A stretch of 64,000 nt of DNA, taken from NCBI GenBank assembly GCA_963700285.1, contig CAVOXA010000007.1, positions 64,001 through 128,000 of the forward strand. The letters run 5' to 3'. The notes beneath the pieces were generated by a model. That model was not told the DNA's origin, ran no database searches, and was given only the letters and a program-made list of their open reading frames with translations. Numbering within the stretch: position 1 is the stretch's first letter; each line of letters opens with the position of its first letter. Shown here piece after piece: positions 19,067-30,125 of the stretch. The translations under genes were made by a program, and so were the position numbers. The DNA is from an uncultured Chloroflexia bacterium. GTDB taxonomy: Bacteria; Chloroflexota; Anaerolineae; JAAYZQ01.

Positions 19067-19936
19067 AGAGCCGAAAAGCAAAGGCTTTCTCCCGCAGAAA
19101 GATAGAGGAAGGTTTCTTCAAAGTGCTGATGATCGGTTCGGCCGTCGCCGTGATGGGCAGCCTGATCCTCATCCTGGCCACCGTGGTCTGGCGAGGTCTA
19201 CCCGCCCTGAACCTGGCTATGCTGACCCAGACCCCCAAAGGGGGGTACTATCTGGGCAAAGAGGGCGGTATCCTCAACGCCATTGTTGGCTCTATCTACC
19301 TGGCCGGTGGGGCGACGGTCCTGGCCTTGCTCACCGGCTTGCCCATTGCCATTTACTTGCAGGTCTACGCGGCCCACTCCCGTAGTGCCGAGCTAGCCCG
19401 TCTGGCTCTGGATGTCCTGTGGGGGGTACCCAGTATTGTCTATGGAGCTTTTGGCTTCATCATCATGCTTGGGCTGGGAATGCGGGCTTCGCTGCTGGGG
19501 GGCATCATCACCCTCGCCCTATTGGAATTACCCATCATGGTCAGGGGCATGGACGAGGCCATCGCCATGGTTCCACCTGCGCTGAAAGAAGCCTCCTATG
19601 CCCTGGGCGCCAACCGGCTGGAGACGGCGACCAAGGTGGTGATACGGCAGACGGCGCCGGCATTGCTCACGGCGATCTTGCTGGCCTTTGGCCGGGGCAT
19701 CGGTGACGCGGCGGCGGTCATGTTCACGGCCGGCTACACCGACCGCCTGCCCGACTCTCTCTTCGAGCCCGGCTGCCTCGCTGCCGTTGGCCGTCTTTTT
19801 CCAGCTCGGCACTCCCTTTCCAGCCGTACAGGAGCGGGCCTACGCCTCTGCACTGGTACTGACCTGTATCGTCCTGGGACTCAGCCTGATCTCGCGGCGG
19901 CTGGCCGGGCGGCTAACCAAGCATGTGGTCCGGTAG
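19063..19936 (+). CDS. pstA: Phosphate ABC transporter permease with a frameshift near 19765
   Basis: [24 protein letters not shown]; the C-terminus [14 protein letters not shown]...AYASAL lies in another frame ending at 19936. Confidence 0.85.
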
Positions 19937-19948
19937 GAGGTGCGAAGC

Positions 19949-20725
19949 GTGTCGGAGCCCCAGATTCGGATTGAAGACCTGAACGCCTGGTACGGAAGCG
20001 AGCAAGCTCTGAAAGACATCACCGTCGGCATTCCGGCCCGGCAGATCACGGCCATTTTTGGTCCCTCGGGTTGTGGCAAGACAACGCTTCTCCGGAGTCT
20101 CAACCGGCTCCTGGAGGAGGCCGACGGGACCCGGGTGACGGGTCAGGTTTGGCTGGATGGCATGGCCATTTATGGCCGTGGCGTTGACCTAACCGAGGTT
20201 CGCACCCGGATTGGCATGCTGGCCCCCAAGCCCTTTCCCCTGCCGATGTCCATCTATGACAACGTGGCCTATGGGCGGCGCATCCGCGGCCTGCAGGGAC
20301 ACTTGGACAAAGGAAACGGCCGCAACCTGGACCGGATCGTGAAACACTACCTGCAGGCGGCTGGATTGTGGGAGGAAGTGAAGGACCGGCTGCGCGCACC
20401 CGCCTCGGGACTGTCCACCGGGCAGCAGCAGCGCCTGTGCCTGGCGCGTGCTTTGGCCGTGGAGCCGGAGGTGCTGCTATGCGACGAGCCAACATCCGCC
20501 CTGGACCCGATCTCGGCGCAACGGATCGAAGAGCAGCTCGTGACCCTCAAGGAGCAGATGACGATTGTCGTGGTCACACACTCGCTGCAGCAAGCGCGCC
20601 GCCTGGCCGACCACGTGATCTTTCTCTGGATGGGGGAGCTGGTGGAATCCGGACCTGGTACGCAGGTATTTCACGCCCCAAGGGATGAGCGCACCCAGGC
20701 TTATCTGGCGGGCGACGTCGGTTGA
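19949..20725 (+). CDS. pstB: Phosphate ABC transporter ATPase
   Basis: [30 protein letters not shown]; start GTG 19940 or 19949. Confidence 0.93.
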   Translation: MSEPQIRIEDLNAWYGSEQALKDITVGIPARQITAIFGPSGCGKTTLLRSLNRLLEEADGTRVTGQVWLDGMAIYGRGVDLTEVRTRIGMLAPKPFPLPMSIYDNVAYGRRIRGLQGHLDKGNGRNLDRIVKHYLQAAGLWEEVKDRLRAPASGLSTGQQQRLCLARALAVEPEVLLCDEPTSALDPISAQRIEEQLVTLKEQMTIVVVTHSLQQARRLADHVIFLWMGELVESGPGTQVFHAPRDERTQAYLAGDVG

Positions 20726-20795
20726 CGCGTGAGGCAAGAATGCCAAACTGTCGGATGCAACAGAGGGTTCTGGTGAGGGTATTAGGAGGTGTGGT

Positions 20796-21854
20796 ATGAG
20801 GCACTTGGTCATGCGGTGTATTAGGGATGGGGATTGGCGCTGCCGGGCGGCCAGAGCCCTGGGCTTGGCATTGCTGGTTGTGACAGTCATCTACGGGCGG
20901 ATCATCATGGCCAACTCGCCCGCAAGGGCGCAATTGAGGGTATATGCCTTCAGCACGCAGGAAGAGTTGATGACGCAGCGTATCTTTCCCGACTTTGAAA
21001 AGCTGTGGAAGGCCGAGACGGGACAGGACCTGACTATCGAGGGTATGTTCGGCCCGTCGGGGACGCTGGCGGGGCAGATCAACCTGGGAGCGCCAGCAGA
21101 CGTGGCCTTGTTCAGCAATGCCCAGGATGTGATGCATCTCAAGATCGGCCGGCGCGTGTGGGTGAACAACCAGCCGGTTGTGTTCGGCCACACGCCCATG
21201 GTGCTCGTCACGCGTGCAGGCAACCCACACGCGATCGCGGGGTTCTCCGATCTGGCCCAGCCCGGCTTGTTTCTGCTCCACGCTGACCCCAGCACCTCTG
21301 GTGCCGGCCAGTGGGCCGTTCTGGCAGAGTATGGCAGTGCCTTGCCAAAGGCAGGAGACCAGGCAGCAGCCGAGGCGCAACTCCAGGCCATCTGGCGCAA
21401 CGTCCGGCTGCTGGGTGAGTCTGCCCGGGCGACGATGACCCTGTTCGAATTGGGGGCCGGCGACGCTTTCGTGACCTACGAGAACGATGCCCTTCTGGCC
21501 AGGGAGCGGGGCGCGGCGCTAGAGGTCGTGGTGCCTCCGCGCACCATCGTCGCCCAGCACGTCGCCGTGGTTGTGGACGACAACGTGACGCCCAGCGAAC
21601 GGCCGGTAGCCCAGGCATTTCTGGACTATCTCCTGAGCGAGGCCGGCCAGTCAGCATTGAGACGCTATCACCTTCGACCGGCGGATCTGGAAGCTCGGGA
21701 GTTTCCGAAAATAACGCAGCCCTTTACAGTGGAGGACCTGGGTGGCTGGCCAAAGGCCTACAACGAGGTGGTGGAGGGCTTGTGGAAGAGAGTGATTGGG
21801 CCACATCTCAATCTGGAGCCGATGCCCAGGGCGTTGGGTACAGGAGAGCTCTGA
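20796..21854 (+). CDS. Sbp/CysP-like oxyanion-binding protein
   Basis: FGPSGTLA...GAPADV, RAGNP, ADPSTSGAGQW, GAGDAFVTYEND, GGW. Confidence 0.75.
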   Translation: MRHLVMRCIRDGDWRCRAARALGLALLVVTVIYGRIIMANSPARAQLRVYAFSTQEELMTQRIFPDFEKLWKAETGQDLTIEGMFGPSGTLAGQINLGAPADVALFSNAQDVMHLKIGRRVWVNNQPVVFGHTPMVLVTRAGNPHAIAGFSDLAQPGLFLLHADPSTSGAGQWAVLAEYGSALPKAGDQAAAEAQLQAIWRNVRLLGESARATMTLFELGAGDAFVTYENDALLARERGAALEVVVPPRTIVAQHVAVVVDDNVTPSERPVAQAFLDYLLSEAGQSALRRYHLRPADLEAREFPKITQPFTVEDLGGWPKAYNEVVEGLWKRVIGPHLNLEPMPRALGTGEL

Positions 21855-23011
21855 TGCCAGAGATGCACAATCCGAATACGACGGCTTCGGGCCCGCCGCC
21901 AGGAACGCACGCTGTTCCCCTGGTACGAGCCGAGGTAGTCAGGCCAACCACCGTCAGGCGCGCCTGGTGGGCACGGGTTCGCGCAGACAAGATCGGGCTG
22001 TTTCTCTCCAGCCTGTACTTGTTTATGCTGGCCATCACGCTGATGAAAGATGGTTCGCGCGCGGTTACGCCGCTGGTGAACACGCTGCTGGACGTCAACA
22101 GCGCGGCCAACGCCCTTGGTTTCGGCTGGCTGTTTGCCTACGCGATCATGAGCGGCTCGCCGGTCGCCGCTGCGGCCTTGACCTTCTTTGACGCAGGCGT
22201 AGTGGACAAGTTGGGTACCTTTGCCATGATCACAGGCAGCCGGCTGGGAGCAAGCTTTATCGTGCTCTTGATCGGCTTCCTGTACGTGCTGCGCGGCCGG
22301 GACCGAGGCACGAGCTTGAGCATGGGGCTGCTATCCTTGGTGGTCACGGCAACGACCTATCTGCCGAGTCTGCTGCTTGGCGCTGTCTTCCTCCGAATGG
22401 GGACGTTCGACGGGCTTCAACTGCGTTCCGGTGCACTTCTCAACTCGCTGGTTGATCGGTTGGTGCAACCAGTGGCAGGCGTGGTGGTCGCGCTATTGCC
22501 TAGCTGGGGCGTCTTTCTGGTCGGGCTGGGCATTGTCTGGTTCAGCTTTAGTCTGTTTGACAAGTGTCTGCCCCAGATGACACTGAAGGAGAGCCAACTG
22601 GGCTGGATGTCGCGCCTGGTGTACCGGCCGTGGGTGATGTTCCTCCTGGGAGCGCTGATCACAATGATCTCCATGTCGGTCACTCTGTCCCTGGCCATCC
22701 TGGTCCCCCTGAGTGCCCGGGGCTTTGTGCGGCGCGAGAACGTGATCCCCTACATCATGGGAGCCAACATCACCACCTTCATCGATACGCTGTTTGCGGC
22801 CGTTTTGCTCAACAATCCGACCGCCTTTACCATCGTCCTGGTCGGGATGCTCAGTATCGCAGGTGTCTCCATGGTCATACTCGCCTCCGTCTACTTCCGC
22901 TACCAAAGGGGGATGCTGAGCCTTGTAGCCTGGGTGACCGCCCGCAACCGCAATCTAGCCCTGTTCCTGGCTATCATCTTTATCGTGCCCATCGCCCTGA
23001 TGTTGGTCTAG
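21854..23011 (+). CDS. Na+/Pi-cotransporter (PNaS)-like membrane protein
   Basis: About 10 TM, with repeated re-entrant motifs MSGSP...GSRLGAS and MSVT...MGANITTF; TGATG overlap with the upstream gene. Confidence 0.65.
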   Translation: MPEMHNPNTTASGPPPGTHAVPLVRAEVVRPTTVRRAWWARVRADKIGLFLSSLYLFMLAITLMKDGSRAVTPLVNTLLDVNSAANALGFGWLFAYAIMSGSPVAAAALTFFDAGVVDKLGTFAMITGSRLGASFIVLLIGFLYVLRGRDRGTSLSMGLLSLVVTATTYLPSLLLGAVFLRMGTFDGLQLRSGALLNSLVDRLVQPVAGVVVALLPSWGVFLVGLGIVWFSFSLFDKCLPQMTLKESQLGWMSRLVYRPWVMFLLGALITMISMSVTLSLAILVPLSARGFVRRENVIPYIMGANITTFIDTLFAAVLLNNPTAFTIVLVGMLSIAGVSMVILASVYFRYQRGMLSLVAWVTARNRNLALFLAIIFIVPIALMLV

Positions 23012-23023
23012 GAGGACCCGGCC

Positions 23024-23917
23024 ATGCCTATCTTGGTAGCTGTTAATGGTTCGTGGCACACGGAGGCGGCGCTGCGCCTCGCCGCGCAGATTGCGCGGCA
23101 AGGCCATGAGCCGCTGACCATTCTGACTGTGATCAAGCAAGAGGCGGATCGGTCCCAAGCCCCGGTAGACACGATCCTGGCCCGAGCCTGCGAGATCGTA
23201 CGGCCCCAGCCCGAGGAAGTGCAGACCAGGGTCCGGATTGGGCATCCGGCAACAGAGATCGTCCGCGAGGCTGAGGCAGGCAACTATGACCTGGTCATCC
23301 TCGGCCAGGGGCAGACCAGAAATCTGGTGGCGCGTTTTCTCTTTGGTTCGACGGCAGTCCGTGTTGTGGAGCATGCGCCGTGCCCGGTTATCGTGGCCAA
23401 GGGCAAGGTCGGACCCATCCGGCGCATCCTGCTCTGCGACAGTGGCAGCCAGGATCCTTCGGTTGGCCTTACGTCGACTTTGCTTTCTCCGGCCACAATC
23501 GAGGCAGGCGGCGCGGGCCCTTCGGTCCTCTGCCGTTTCGCAGAACTCCTGGTTTGTCTGCTTGTTGGCGTCGAGGAGATCGTTGTTCTGCACGTGATGT
23601 CCCAGATGAGCGCCGGCCCGGGGGTCAAAGGCAAGCAGTTGCGCAGCAGCGTCGATGAACTACTCGAGGAGTGGGCGCCCGAAGGCGGACTACTCGAACG
23701 GGACATCCAGGCATTGGAGCACTTGGGCCTTCGTGCCCGTGCCAAGGTGCGCCACGGTTTGGTCGTGGAGGAAATCCTGGAAGAGGTGCAGGGTGAGGAC
23801 TATGATCTGGTGGTTATCGGTGCCTATCGTGGGGAAGGCTGGCAGCGCATTCTGCTTGATGATTTGGCCCACAGGATCGTGGTCGAGCTGGACCGGCCGG
23901 TGCTTGTGGTGCGATAG
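23024..23917 (+). CDS. Tandem universal stress protein
   Basis: ILVAVNGS, DLVILG...GSTAVRVV, DLVVIG...RPVLVV. Confidence 0.88.
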   Translation: MPILVAVNGSWHTEAALRLAAQIARQGHEPLTILTVIKQEADRSQAPVDTILARACEIVRPQPEEVQTRVRIGHPATEIVREAEAGNYDLVILGQGQTRNLVARFLFGSTAVRVVEHAPCPVIVAKGKVGPIRRILLCDSGSQDPSVGLTSTLLSPATIEAGGAGPSVLCRFAELLVCLLVGVEEIVVLHVMSQMSAGPGVKGKQLRSSVDELLEEWAPEGGLLERDIQALEHLGLRARAKVRHGLVVEEILEEVQGEDYDLVVIGAYRGEGWQRILLDDLAHRIVVELDRPVLVVR

Positions 23918-23955
23918 AGCGCCGGTCTGGCCAGATGACTGCTGGAGACAGTAGC

Positions 23956-25929
23956 ATGCACAAGGTTCTGGCACGTCTAAGCGGCCGATGGCTGCTGCGT
24001 GTCCTTGTCGCTGGCTTTGCCTTGACAGCAGCCATCACCGTCACCGTTGCGACCTTGGGCACCTACAAGGTCATCAACGATTACCTGTTGGAGGCTCAGG
24101 ATAAGCGCGTCGGCCGGGACATGGACCTGGCCGAGGCCTTCTACCAGCTCAAGTTGGACGAGACGGCTGCCATCAGCATGCGGATGGCGCGAGACGAGCG
24201 TGTGATCCAGCACTTGCTGGCCGCCTCGCAGGGCCAGCCTGAGGCCACTCAGATCATCGATGAGCAGACCATCCACAAAATCACGGTGCCGACTGTCGGT
24301 GGAACCTACCTTCTCGCCGTCCTGGACACCCAAGGCAACATGGTAGCAGGCCGTACTCTGCGCACCAATGGCGATCTGTCACCGGTTTTCACCAAGGGCG
24401 GATGGGGAGACCTGCCGATTGTCCAGGACGTGCTCTCGTCTGGCGTGGGGGAAGCGGCGACCGAACTCATCCCGGCCGAGTTCCTGGCGCAGGTCCAGCT
24501 GGATGGGCAGGCGCGCGTCGACCTGATGGATACGCCCCTAGCCGCACCTGAACCGTTCGATCCCCGTGAGGGCACCGCCGGTCTGGCGCTGACGGCCGTC
24601 CACCCGATCCAAGGCGAGGATGGAACGGTCGCTGGGGCCGTGCTGACAGCGTATCTGTTCAACAACGACTTTACCCTGGTGGATCGCATCCAGGAGGTCG
24701 CCGGCGTGGATACGGTGACCATTTTTTTCGGTGACCTGCGCGTCTCCACCAACGTGCTGAACGAGGCCGGCAAACGGGCCATCGGCACGCGCGTCTCGCA
24801 GGAGGTCTTTGACCAGGTGCTGGTGGACGGCTCAGGATTCACAGGGCCAGCCTTTGTGGTCGACCAGTGGTACATCACTCGCTATGAGCCGCTCTTGGAC
24901 CATCAGGGGCAAGTGGTTGGCAGCCTATATGTGGGCGCCAAGAAGGCTTCCTTCCAAAGATTGGTGGACTCGTTCCGGGATCAGGTTCTTCTCATCGCCG
25001 GGACCACGGTTCTCCTGGCCATGCTTGTTGCCATTCCGCTGGCCTGGTCTATCTCCCGTCCCCTGACGGACCTGGCCATAGCGACCGAAACGGTGACCCA
25101 GGGCGATTGGACAGTGCGGGTACCAGCCAACGGGCGAGGAGAAATGGGCGTGCTGGCCAGGTCGTTCAACACCATGGTCGAGAGGCTGCAGGTCACCCAG
25201 GAACGCCTGGTTCAAAAAGAGAAACTTGCCTCGGTGGGGCAACTGGCCGCCGGCGTGGCCCACGAAATCAACAATCCCCTGGGCACGGTGCTGCTCTACG
25301 CCGACATCCTTCTCAAAGAGACGCCGGCAGACAATGGACAACAGCGCGAGGACTTGAAGATGATCGTCCGGGAAGCTACTCGCTGCAAGGCCATTGTCAA
25401 CGATCTGCTGAATTTCTCCCGGCAGAATGAGGTGTTGGCTCAGGAGACCGATCTCAACGACTTGCTGCGGGAAATGGCCGAGGAAATGCGCCACAAGGAT
25501 CTCTACCAGCAGATCGAAATGGTGGTCGATCTGGAGCCCGATCTGCCGCTCATCCAGGCCGATCCTCTCCAGCTTCGCCAGGTTTTCCTGAACTTGATGA
25601 GCAACGCTGCCGAGGCGATGCCCGCTGGTGGCCGGCTGATCCTGCGCACGCGGAAGGGGTCGGCAGCTGGGTTCGTGACCATCCAGGTGCAGGACACCGG
25701 TGTAGGGATCTCTGAAGGGAACATGAAAAAGCTCTTTACGCCTTTCTTCACGACCAAACCCATCGGCAAAGGGACCGGGCTGGGGCTGGCGATCATCTAT
25801 GGCATTGTCAAGATGCACATGGGGCAGATCAGCGTTCAGAGCCAGGTGGGAGAGGGCACGACGTTCACCGTCATGTTGCGAGAGCGACTGCCAACCCAGA
25901 CTGACAAGGGGTCGGTCATCCTGCAATAG
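23956..25929 (+). CDS. Cache-HAMP sensor histidine kinase
   Basis: TM, TVTIF...RVSTNV...RAIGT, YEPL (Cache), HAMP, AHEINNPL, NLMSNA, FFTTK, GTGLGL; alternative start 23935. Confidence 0.92.
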   Translation: MHKVLARLSGRWLLRVLVAGFALTAAITVTVATLGTYKVINDYLLEAQDKRVGRDMDLAEAFYQLKLDETAAISMRMARDERVIQHLLAASQGQPEATQIIDEQTIHKITVPTVGGTYLLAVLDTQGNMVAGRTLRTNGDLSPVFTKGGWGDLPIVQDVLSSGVGEAATELIPAEFLAQVQLDGQARVDLMDTPLAAPEPFDPREGTAGLALTAVHPIQGEDGTVAGAVLTAYLFNNDFTLVDRIQEVAGVDTVTIFFGDLRVSTNVLNEAGKRAIGTRVSQEVFDQVLVDGSGFTGPAFVVDQWYITRYEPLLDHQGQVVGSLYVGAKKASFQRLVDSFRDQVLLIAGTTVLLAMLVAIPLAWSISRPLTDLAIATETVTQGDWTVRVPANGRGEMGVLARSFNTMVERLQVTQERLVQKEKLASVGQLAAGVAHEINNPLGTVLLYADILLKETPADNGQQREDLKMIVREATRCKAIVNDLLNFSRQNEVLAQETDLNDLLREMAEEMRHKDLYQQIEMVVDLEPDLPLIQADPLQLRQVFLNLMSNAAEAMPAGGRLILRTRKGSAAGFVTIQVQDTGVGISEGNMKKLFTPFFTTKPIGKGTGLGLAIIYGIVKMHMGQISVQSQVGEGTTFTVMLRERLPTQTDKGSVILQ

Positions 25930-26215
25930 TCATCGGGCGCATGGAGGGAGCCAGCGATATGTATGAACCGGGATTGCTGCCTGACCTGTAGGGGAGCATC
26001 ACCTTCGGCAAACGGCAACTGGCCCAGTACCTGAGGGTGAGATGTCCCATTATCCCATGAGATGGCTCAGCCGCGGAGCTCGAGGCCGAAAAACTTGTTG
26101 ATAGCGGGCTTGAGTTCTGCTTCGAAAGCCCTGCCCGAGCCCAAGTTGCAGCCGAGGACTGGGTGTGATACAATGCTGCCGAGAATGAAACGTCTGACCG
26201 CGAGCTCGACAGCCC

Positions 26216-28099
26216 ATGGAAACAGCATCCAACATCACGCCGCAGCCTGCAATGATTGCCAAAGCGACCCGCCTGCACTCCCTACGGCGCCAGATCGACC
26301 GCGTCGAGCTGCGTCTGGACCGCCTCCGCAGCGTCAGCTACCGCTACTCCTGGCTGCGGATCGTCGCCTTCCTCCTGACTCTGTTGGCCACTGGTCTGGC
26401 ATTCTACCTGGCTGGTTGGCAGGCCGCCGCCATCTGCCTCGCCGCCGGGCTGGTCCTCTTTGGCCTGGCGGTCTATGCCCACCGCAGGTTGGAGGCAGCG
26501 ATCCGGCGTCACCGGGCCTGGATCCAGGTCCAGTCGGCACACCTGGCCCGGGCAGACCTCGATTGGGACCAGATGCCGGCCGGATTCCGCCAGCGGCCCA
26601 GGCCCGACCACCCCTTTGAGGCGGACCTGGACATCGTGGGCCGCCGTTCGTTGTTGCGCTTGCTGGACACAGCCGTGTCTGCCGAGGGCAGCCAGCGTCT
26701 GAGGGACTGGCTTGCCGCGCTGGTTCCTGACGGGGAGGCCGTCGCCCGCCGCCAGCCGCTGGTGCGCGAGCTGGCCTCTCGCAGCCTGTTCCGTGACAAG
26801 TTAACGCTGAACGCCATGGCGGCTGCTGGCGGTAGCAAGACCTGGGATGCGGATTCCTTGCTGGACTGGCTGGCCAAGGGCACCGTCCAAGCTGCGCAGG
26901 GCCGCTGGTTGCTTCTTCTGGCCGGGCTGGCGGCTTTGAATGCCCTGCTTTTCGTGGGCAACCGCCTGGGGATGCTGCCGCCCTGGTGGCAGTTCTCGCT
27001 GGTGCTTTACCTGGGCTTGATGCTGGTCCGATCGCGGAACACGGCTGCCGCCTGGGACGAGGCGCTGGCCCTGGGCGATGCCCTGCGCCAGTTGCGCGCC
27101 GTTTTTCAACAGCTCGAGTCTTTCGGCTACCACGGTACGCCGCGCCTGAAGGCGTTGTGCGCTCCTTTTCTCGACCCGGCCCACCGCCCTTCCCGCTACC
27201 TGGCCCGCATCACGCACGTCGTGGCCGCCATGGGCATCCGCGGCAACCCTCTCCTCTGGTTTGCCGTGAATGCCGTGCTGCCCTGGGACGCCTACTTTGC
27301 CTGGCGTTTGACTCGGACCAAGGCCGGCCTGGCCGCGCACGCCCCGGCCTGGATGGAGGTCTGGTTCAAGCTGGAGGCGCTGGGCTCGCTGGCCAATTTC
27401 GCCTATCTGAATCCGGGATACGCCTTCCCCAGGATCCTGGAGAACGATGGCCGGGAGCAGCCCACTGTCTTTCAGGCGCAGGCTTTGGGCCACCCCTTGA
27501 TCCCCAGGATGGAACGGGTATGCAACGACCTTGCCGTGCCCGGCCTGGGCCAGGTGGCCATCGTCACCGGGTCGAACATGGCCGGCAAGAGCGTCTTTCT
27601 CAAGACCGTGGGCCTGAACCTGGCGCTGGCCTACGCCGGCGGGCCGGTGTGCGCCCAACGCCTCGAGGTGGACCTCTTCCGCCTCTTTACCTGCCTGGAG
27701 GTGGCCGACTCGGTGGTCGACGGCATCTCTTATTTCTACGCCGAGGTCCGGCGCTTGAAGGCGCTGTTGGCCGAACTGGACCGCCAGGGCGCCCTGCCCC
27801 TCTTTTTCTGCATCGACGAGATCTTTCGCGGCACCAACAACCGCGAGCGCCTGGCCGGCAGCCGGGCCTACATCCGCGCCCTGGCCGGCAAACGCGGCGT
27901 GGGACTCATCGCCACCCACGACCTGGCCCTCACCGAACTCGCCGCTGAGGTACCGCAGGTGGTCAACTATCACTTCCGCGACCACGTCGCTGATGGCCGC
28001 ATGGCCTTTGACTACACCCTGCGCCCCGGCCCCTGCCCGACGACCAACGCGCTGACGATCATGCGCCTGGAAGGGCTGCCTGTTTCCACCAGCGAGTAA
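26216..28099 (+). CDS. Membrane-anchored MutS-domain-V ATPase (MutS-related)
   Basis: TM helices, LGHPLI, TGSNMAGKS, GISYFYAEV, IDEIFRGTN, ATHD. Confidence 0.85.
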   Translation: METASNITPQPAMIAKATRLHSLRRQIDRVELRLDRLRSVSYRYSWLRIVAFLLTLLATGLAFYLAGWQAAAICLAAGLVLFGLAVYAHRRLEAAIRRHRAWIQVQSAHLARADLDWDQMPAGFRQRPRPDHPFEADLDIVGRRSLLRLLDTAVSAEGSQRLRDWLAALVPDGEAVARRQPLVRELASRSLFRDKLTLNAMAAAGGSKTWDADSLLDWLAKGTVQAAQGRWLLLLAGLAALNALLFVGNRLGMLPPWWQFSLVLYLGLMLVRSRNTAAAWDEALALGDALRQLRAVFQQLESFGYHGTPRLKALCAPFLDPAHRPSRYLARITHVVAAMGIRGNPLLWFAVNAVLPWDAYFAWRLTRTKAGLAAHAPAWMEVWFKLEALGSLANFAYLNPGYAFPRILENDGREQPTVFQAQALGHPLIPRMERVCNDLAVPGLGQVAIVTGSNMAGKSVFLKTVGLNLALAYAGGPVCAQRLEVDLFRLFTCLEVADSVVDGISYFYAEVRRLKALLAELDRQGALPLFFCIDEIFRGTNNRERLAGSRAYIRALAGKRGVGLIATHDLALTELAAEVPQVVNYHFRDHVADGRMAFDYTLRPGPCPTTNALTIMRLEGLPVSTSE

Positions 28100-28392
28100 T
28101 GGGTCTCAATCAGGGCAGGTTTTTGTGATCTGCTTGTTGCGTGCTCAAGCTTTCACCGCCAAGACGCTAGGATCTTGGGCCACTTGATCCTCCTTGGCCT
28201 TCGTTGTGCCTTTGCAGTCGGGTCACGTGCCACGCCTCCCAAAACCTGACGGGAAACCGCTTTTCCTGTATAATGCTCATATAGATCAGACCTCGGGAAT
28301 TTTCAACAAACCGACGGTTTCGTCCCCCTGAGGTCTAGAGCGAGCATCATCACGGACTCCAACCTGCCCCAACCCGGGCGGAAAGGCACCAT

Positions 28393-29160
28393 ATGCACAC
28401 GGTCAAGAACTTTATCACCGACATGGACGGTGTACTCGTCAAGGGCAAGCAGCTCATTCCAGGAGCCGATCGCTTCCTTCATCGCCTGGAGGAGTTGGGC
28501 AAGCCTTACCTGGTCCTGACCAACAACCCCCTCTACACGCCCCGGGATCTGGCCCACCGCCTGCGCAACATCGGCCTGGAGATCCCACCCGAGCGCCTCT
28601 TTACCTCGGCCATGGCCACGGCCAGTTTTCTGCACAGCCAGAGGCCCAGGGGCACGGCCTTTGTCATTGGCGAGAGCGGCCTGACCCAGGCCGTCCACGA
28701 GATCGGCTATGTCATCACTGACACCGAACCCGACTATGTCGTCCTGGGCGAGACCGAGACCTACAACTATGAGGTCATTACCAAGGCGGTGCGCCTCATC
28801 GAGGACGGCGCGCAGTTCATCGCCACCAACCCCGACGTCAGCGGCCCCACCGAGTCCGGCACCGTACCCGGATGCGGGGCCATGGCCGCCCTGATCGAAA
28901 AAGCCAGCGGCAAGGCGCCCTTTTTCGTGGGCAAGCCCAACCCGCTGATGATGCGCTCGGCGCTGAACTACCTGGACGTCCACTCTGAAGACTCGGCCAT
29001 GATCGGTGACCGCATGGAGACCGACATCGTCGCCGGGGTAGAGAGCGGCATGCGCACGATCCTGGTCCTGACCGGCGTGACCCGCCGCGAGGATATTGAG
29101 CGCTACCCCTACCGCCCTACGTGGGTGGTTGAGTCGGTGGCGGAAATAGAGCTATCTTGA
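28393..29160 (+). CDS. HAD-IIA hydrolase (NagD-like)
   Basis: [28 protein letters not shown]. Confidence 0.9.
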   Translation: MHTVKNFITDMDGVLVKGKQLIPGADRFLHRLEELGKPYLVLTNNPLYTPRDLAHRLRNIGLEIPPERLFTSAMATASFLHSQRPRGTAFVIGESGLTQAVHEIGYVITDTEPDYVVLGETETYNYEVITKAVRLIEDGAQFIATNPDVSGPTESGTVPGCGAMAALIEKASGKAPFFVGKPNPLMMRSALNYLDVHSEDSAMIGDRMETDIVAGVESGMRTILVLTGVTRREDIERYPYRPTWVVESVAEIELS

Positions 29161-29321
29161 ACCGGGGCAGAGAGGACTGTGAGTGGGGTCCCCTATCCGG
29201 CCGCAAGAGCTAGCTACATCGCAGATTCATGAATGGGTGTCTTGCTCGCCGGGCCCAAGTGTGCTATAATCCCCATGTTCGAGGTTTCCGCGTTCCAGTA
29301 TTCAGGAAAGCAGGTGATCCT

Positions 29322-29576
29322 ATGGATGAGGCTTTGACCATACACCTCCCAGGCCAAATTAGGCAGATGCTCAATCGCACGCCGGAGGAGTTGGCCCGCG
29401 ACTTGCGATTGTACTCGGCGCTGATGCTGTTTCGCGTCGGCAAGCTTTCGTCTGGAGCGGCTGCAGAAATGGCCGGTTTGCCACGCGTCATGTTCCTTGA
29501 CCTGTGTGCCGAGTATGATATCCCGGTGTCTCAGATCACCGGCGACGATCTGCGCCGGGAGTTGGACGGTGCCTGA
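29322..29576 (+). CDS. UPF0175-family putative antitoxin
   Basis: ALMLFRVGKLSSGAAAEMAG...F; overlaps the PIN gene. Confidence 0.85.
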   Translation: MDEALTIHLPGQIRQMLNRTPEELARDLRLYSALMLFRVGKLSSGAAAEMAGLPRVMFLDLCAEYDIPVSQITGDDLRRELDGA

Positions 29577-30066
29577 AAGGTCTATCATATGTGACACCAC
29601 AGTGCTTTTGTACTTGGGCCGCATCGGGCAAAGTGGGTTGCTCCCCGCGCTGTTTTCCACGATTTGTGTTCCAGAAGCTGTCTTGCTAGAATTGGACATG
29701 GGCAGAGTGCTGCGGCCCGATACGTTTGACCCGCGCAGCCTGAGCTGGGTCACACCGGTTTCGGTATCTCGAGCTATGGTCGATGATCTGCCAAGCAACC
29801 GTCTGGGGACGGGTGAACGTGCTGTCATTGCCTACGCACAAGCTCGAGGCGGGTTCCCGGCAGGGCTAGACGATCTTCGGGCTCGCCAATTGGCTGAGAG
29901 CGTGGGAGTGAAGGTAATTGGTACGTTGGGCATCCTGTTGCGCGCCAAGCAGACTGGTCTGATTGGGACTGTGGTACCCCTTGTAGAAGATGTCGTTAAC
30001 CAGGGCTTCCGTATTGGTCCTGATCTGTATCAAGCAGTACTAGCGCTGGCGGGCGAAGGCCCCTAG
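29569..30066 (+). CDS. DUF3368 PIN-domain putative toxin
   Basis: ICDTTVL, VPEAVLLEL, LGTGE, DDLRAR, GTLGILLRAK. Confidence 0.85.
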   Translation: MPERSIICDTTVLLYLGRIGQSGLLPALFSTICVPEAVLLELDMGRVLRPDTFDPRSLSWVTPVSVSRAMVDDLPSNRLGTGERAVIAYAQARGGFPAGLDDLRARQLAESVGVKVIGTLGILLRAKQTGLIGTVVPLVEDVVNQGFRIGPDLYQAVLALAGEGP

Positions 30067-30125
30067 TCGTTCTGCCCGAACCATCGAAGAACGCGGAGAG
30101 TCTGGGGAAGGCGGGAGACGGCTGA

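Noticed and set aside
19760-19775. Programmed frameshift in pstA
   Set aside because: No slippery sequence and no precedent known to me; likely a one-base error.
26216-28099. Mismatch-repair mutS
   Set aside because: It lacks the mismatch-binding domains and has TM helices; it belongs to a known MutS-related family.
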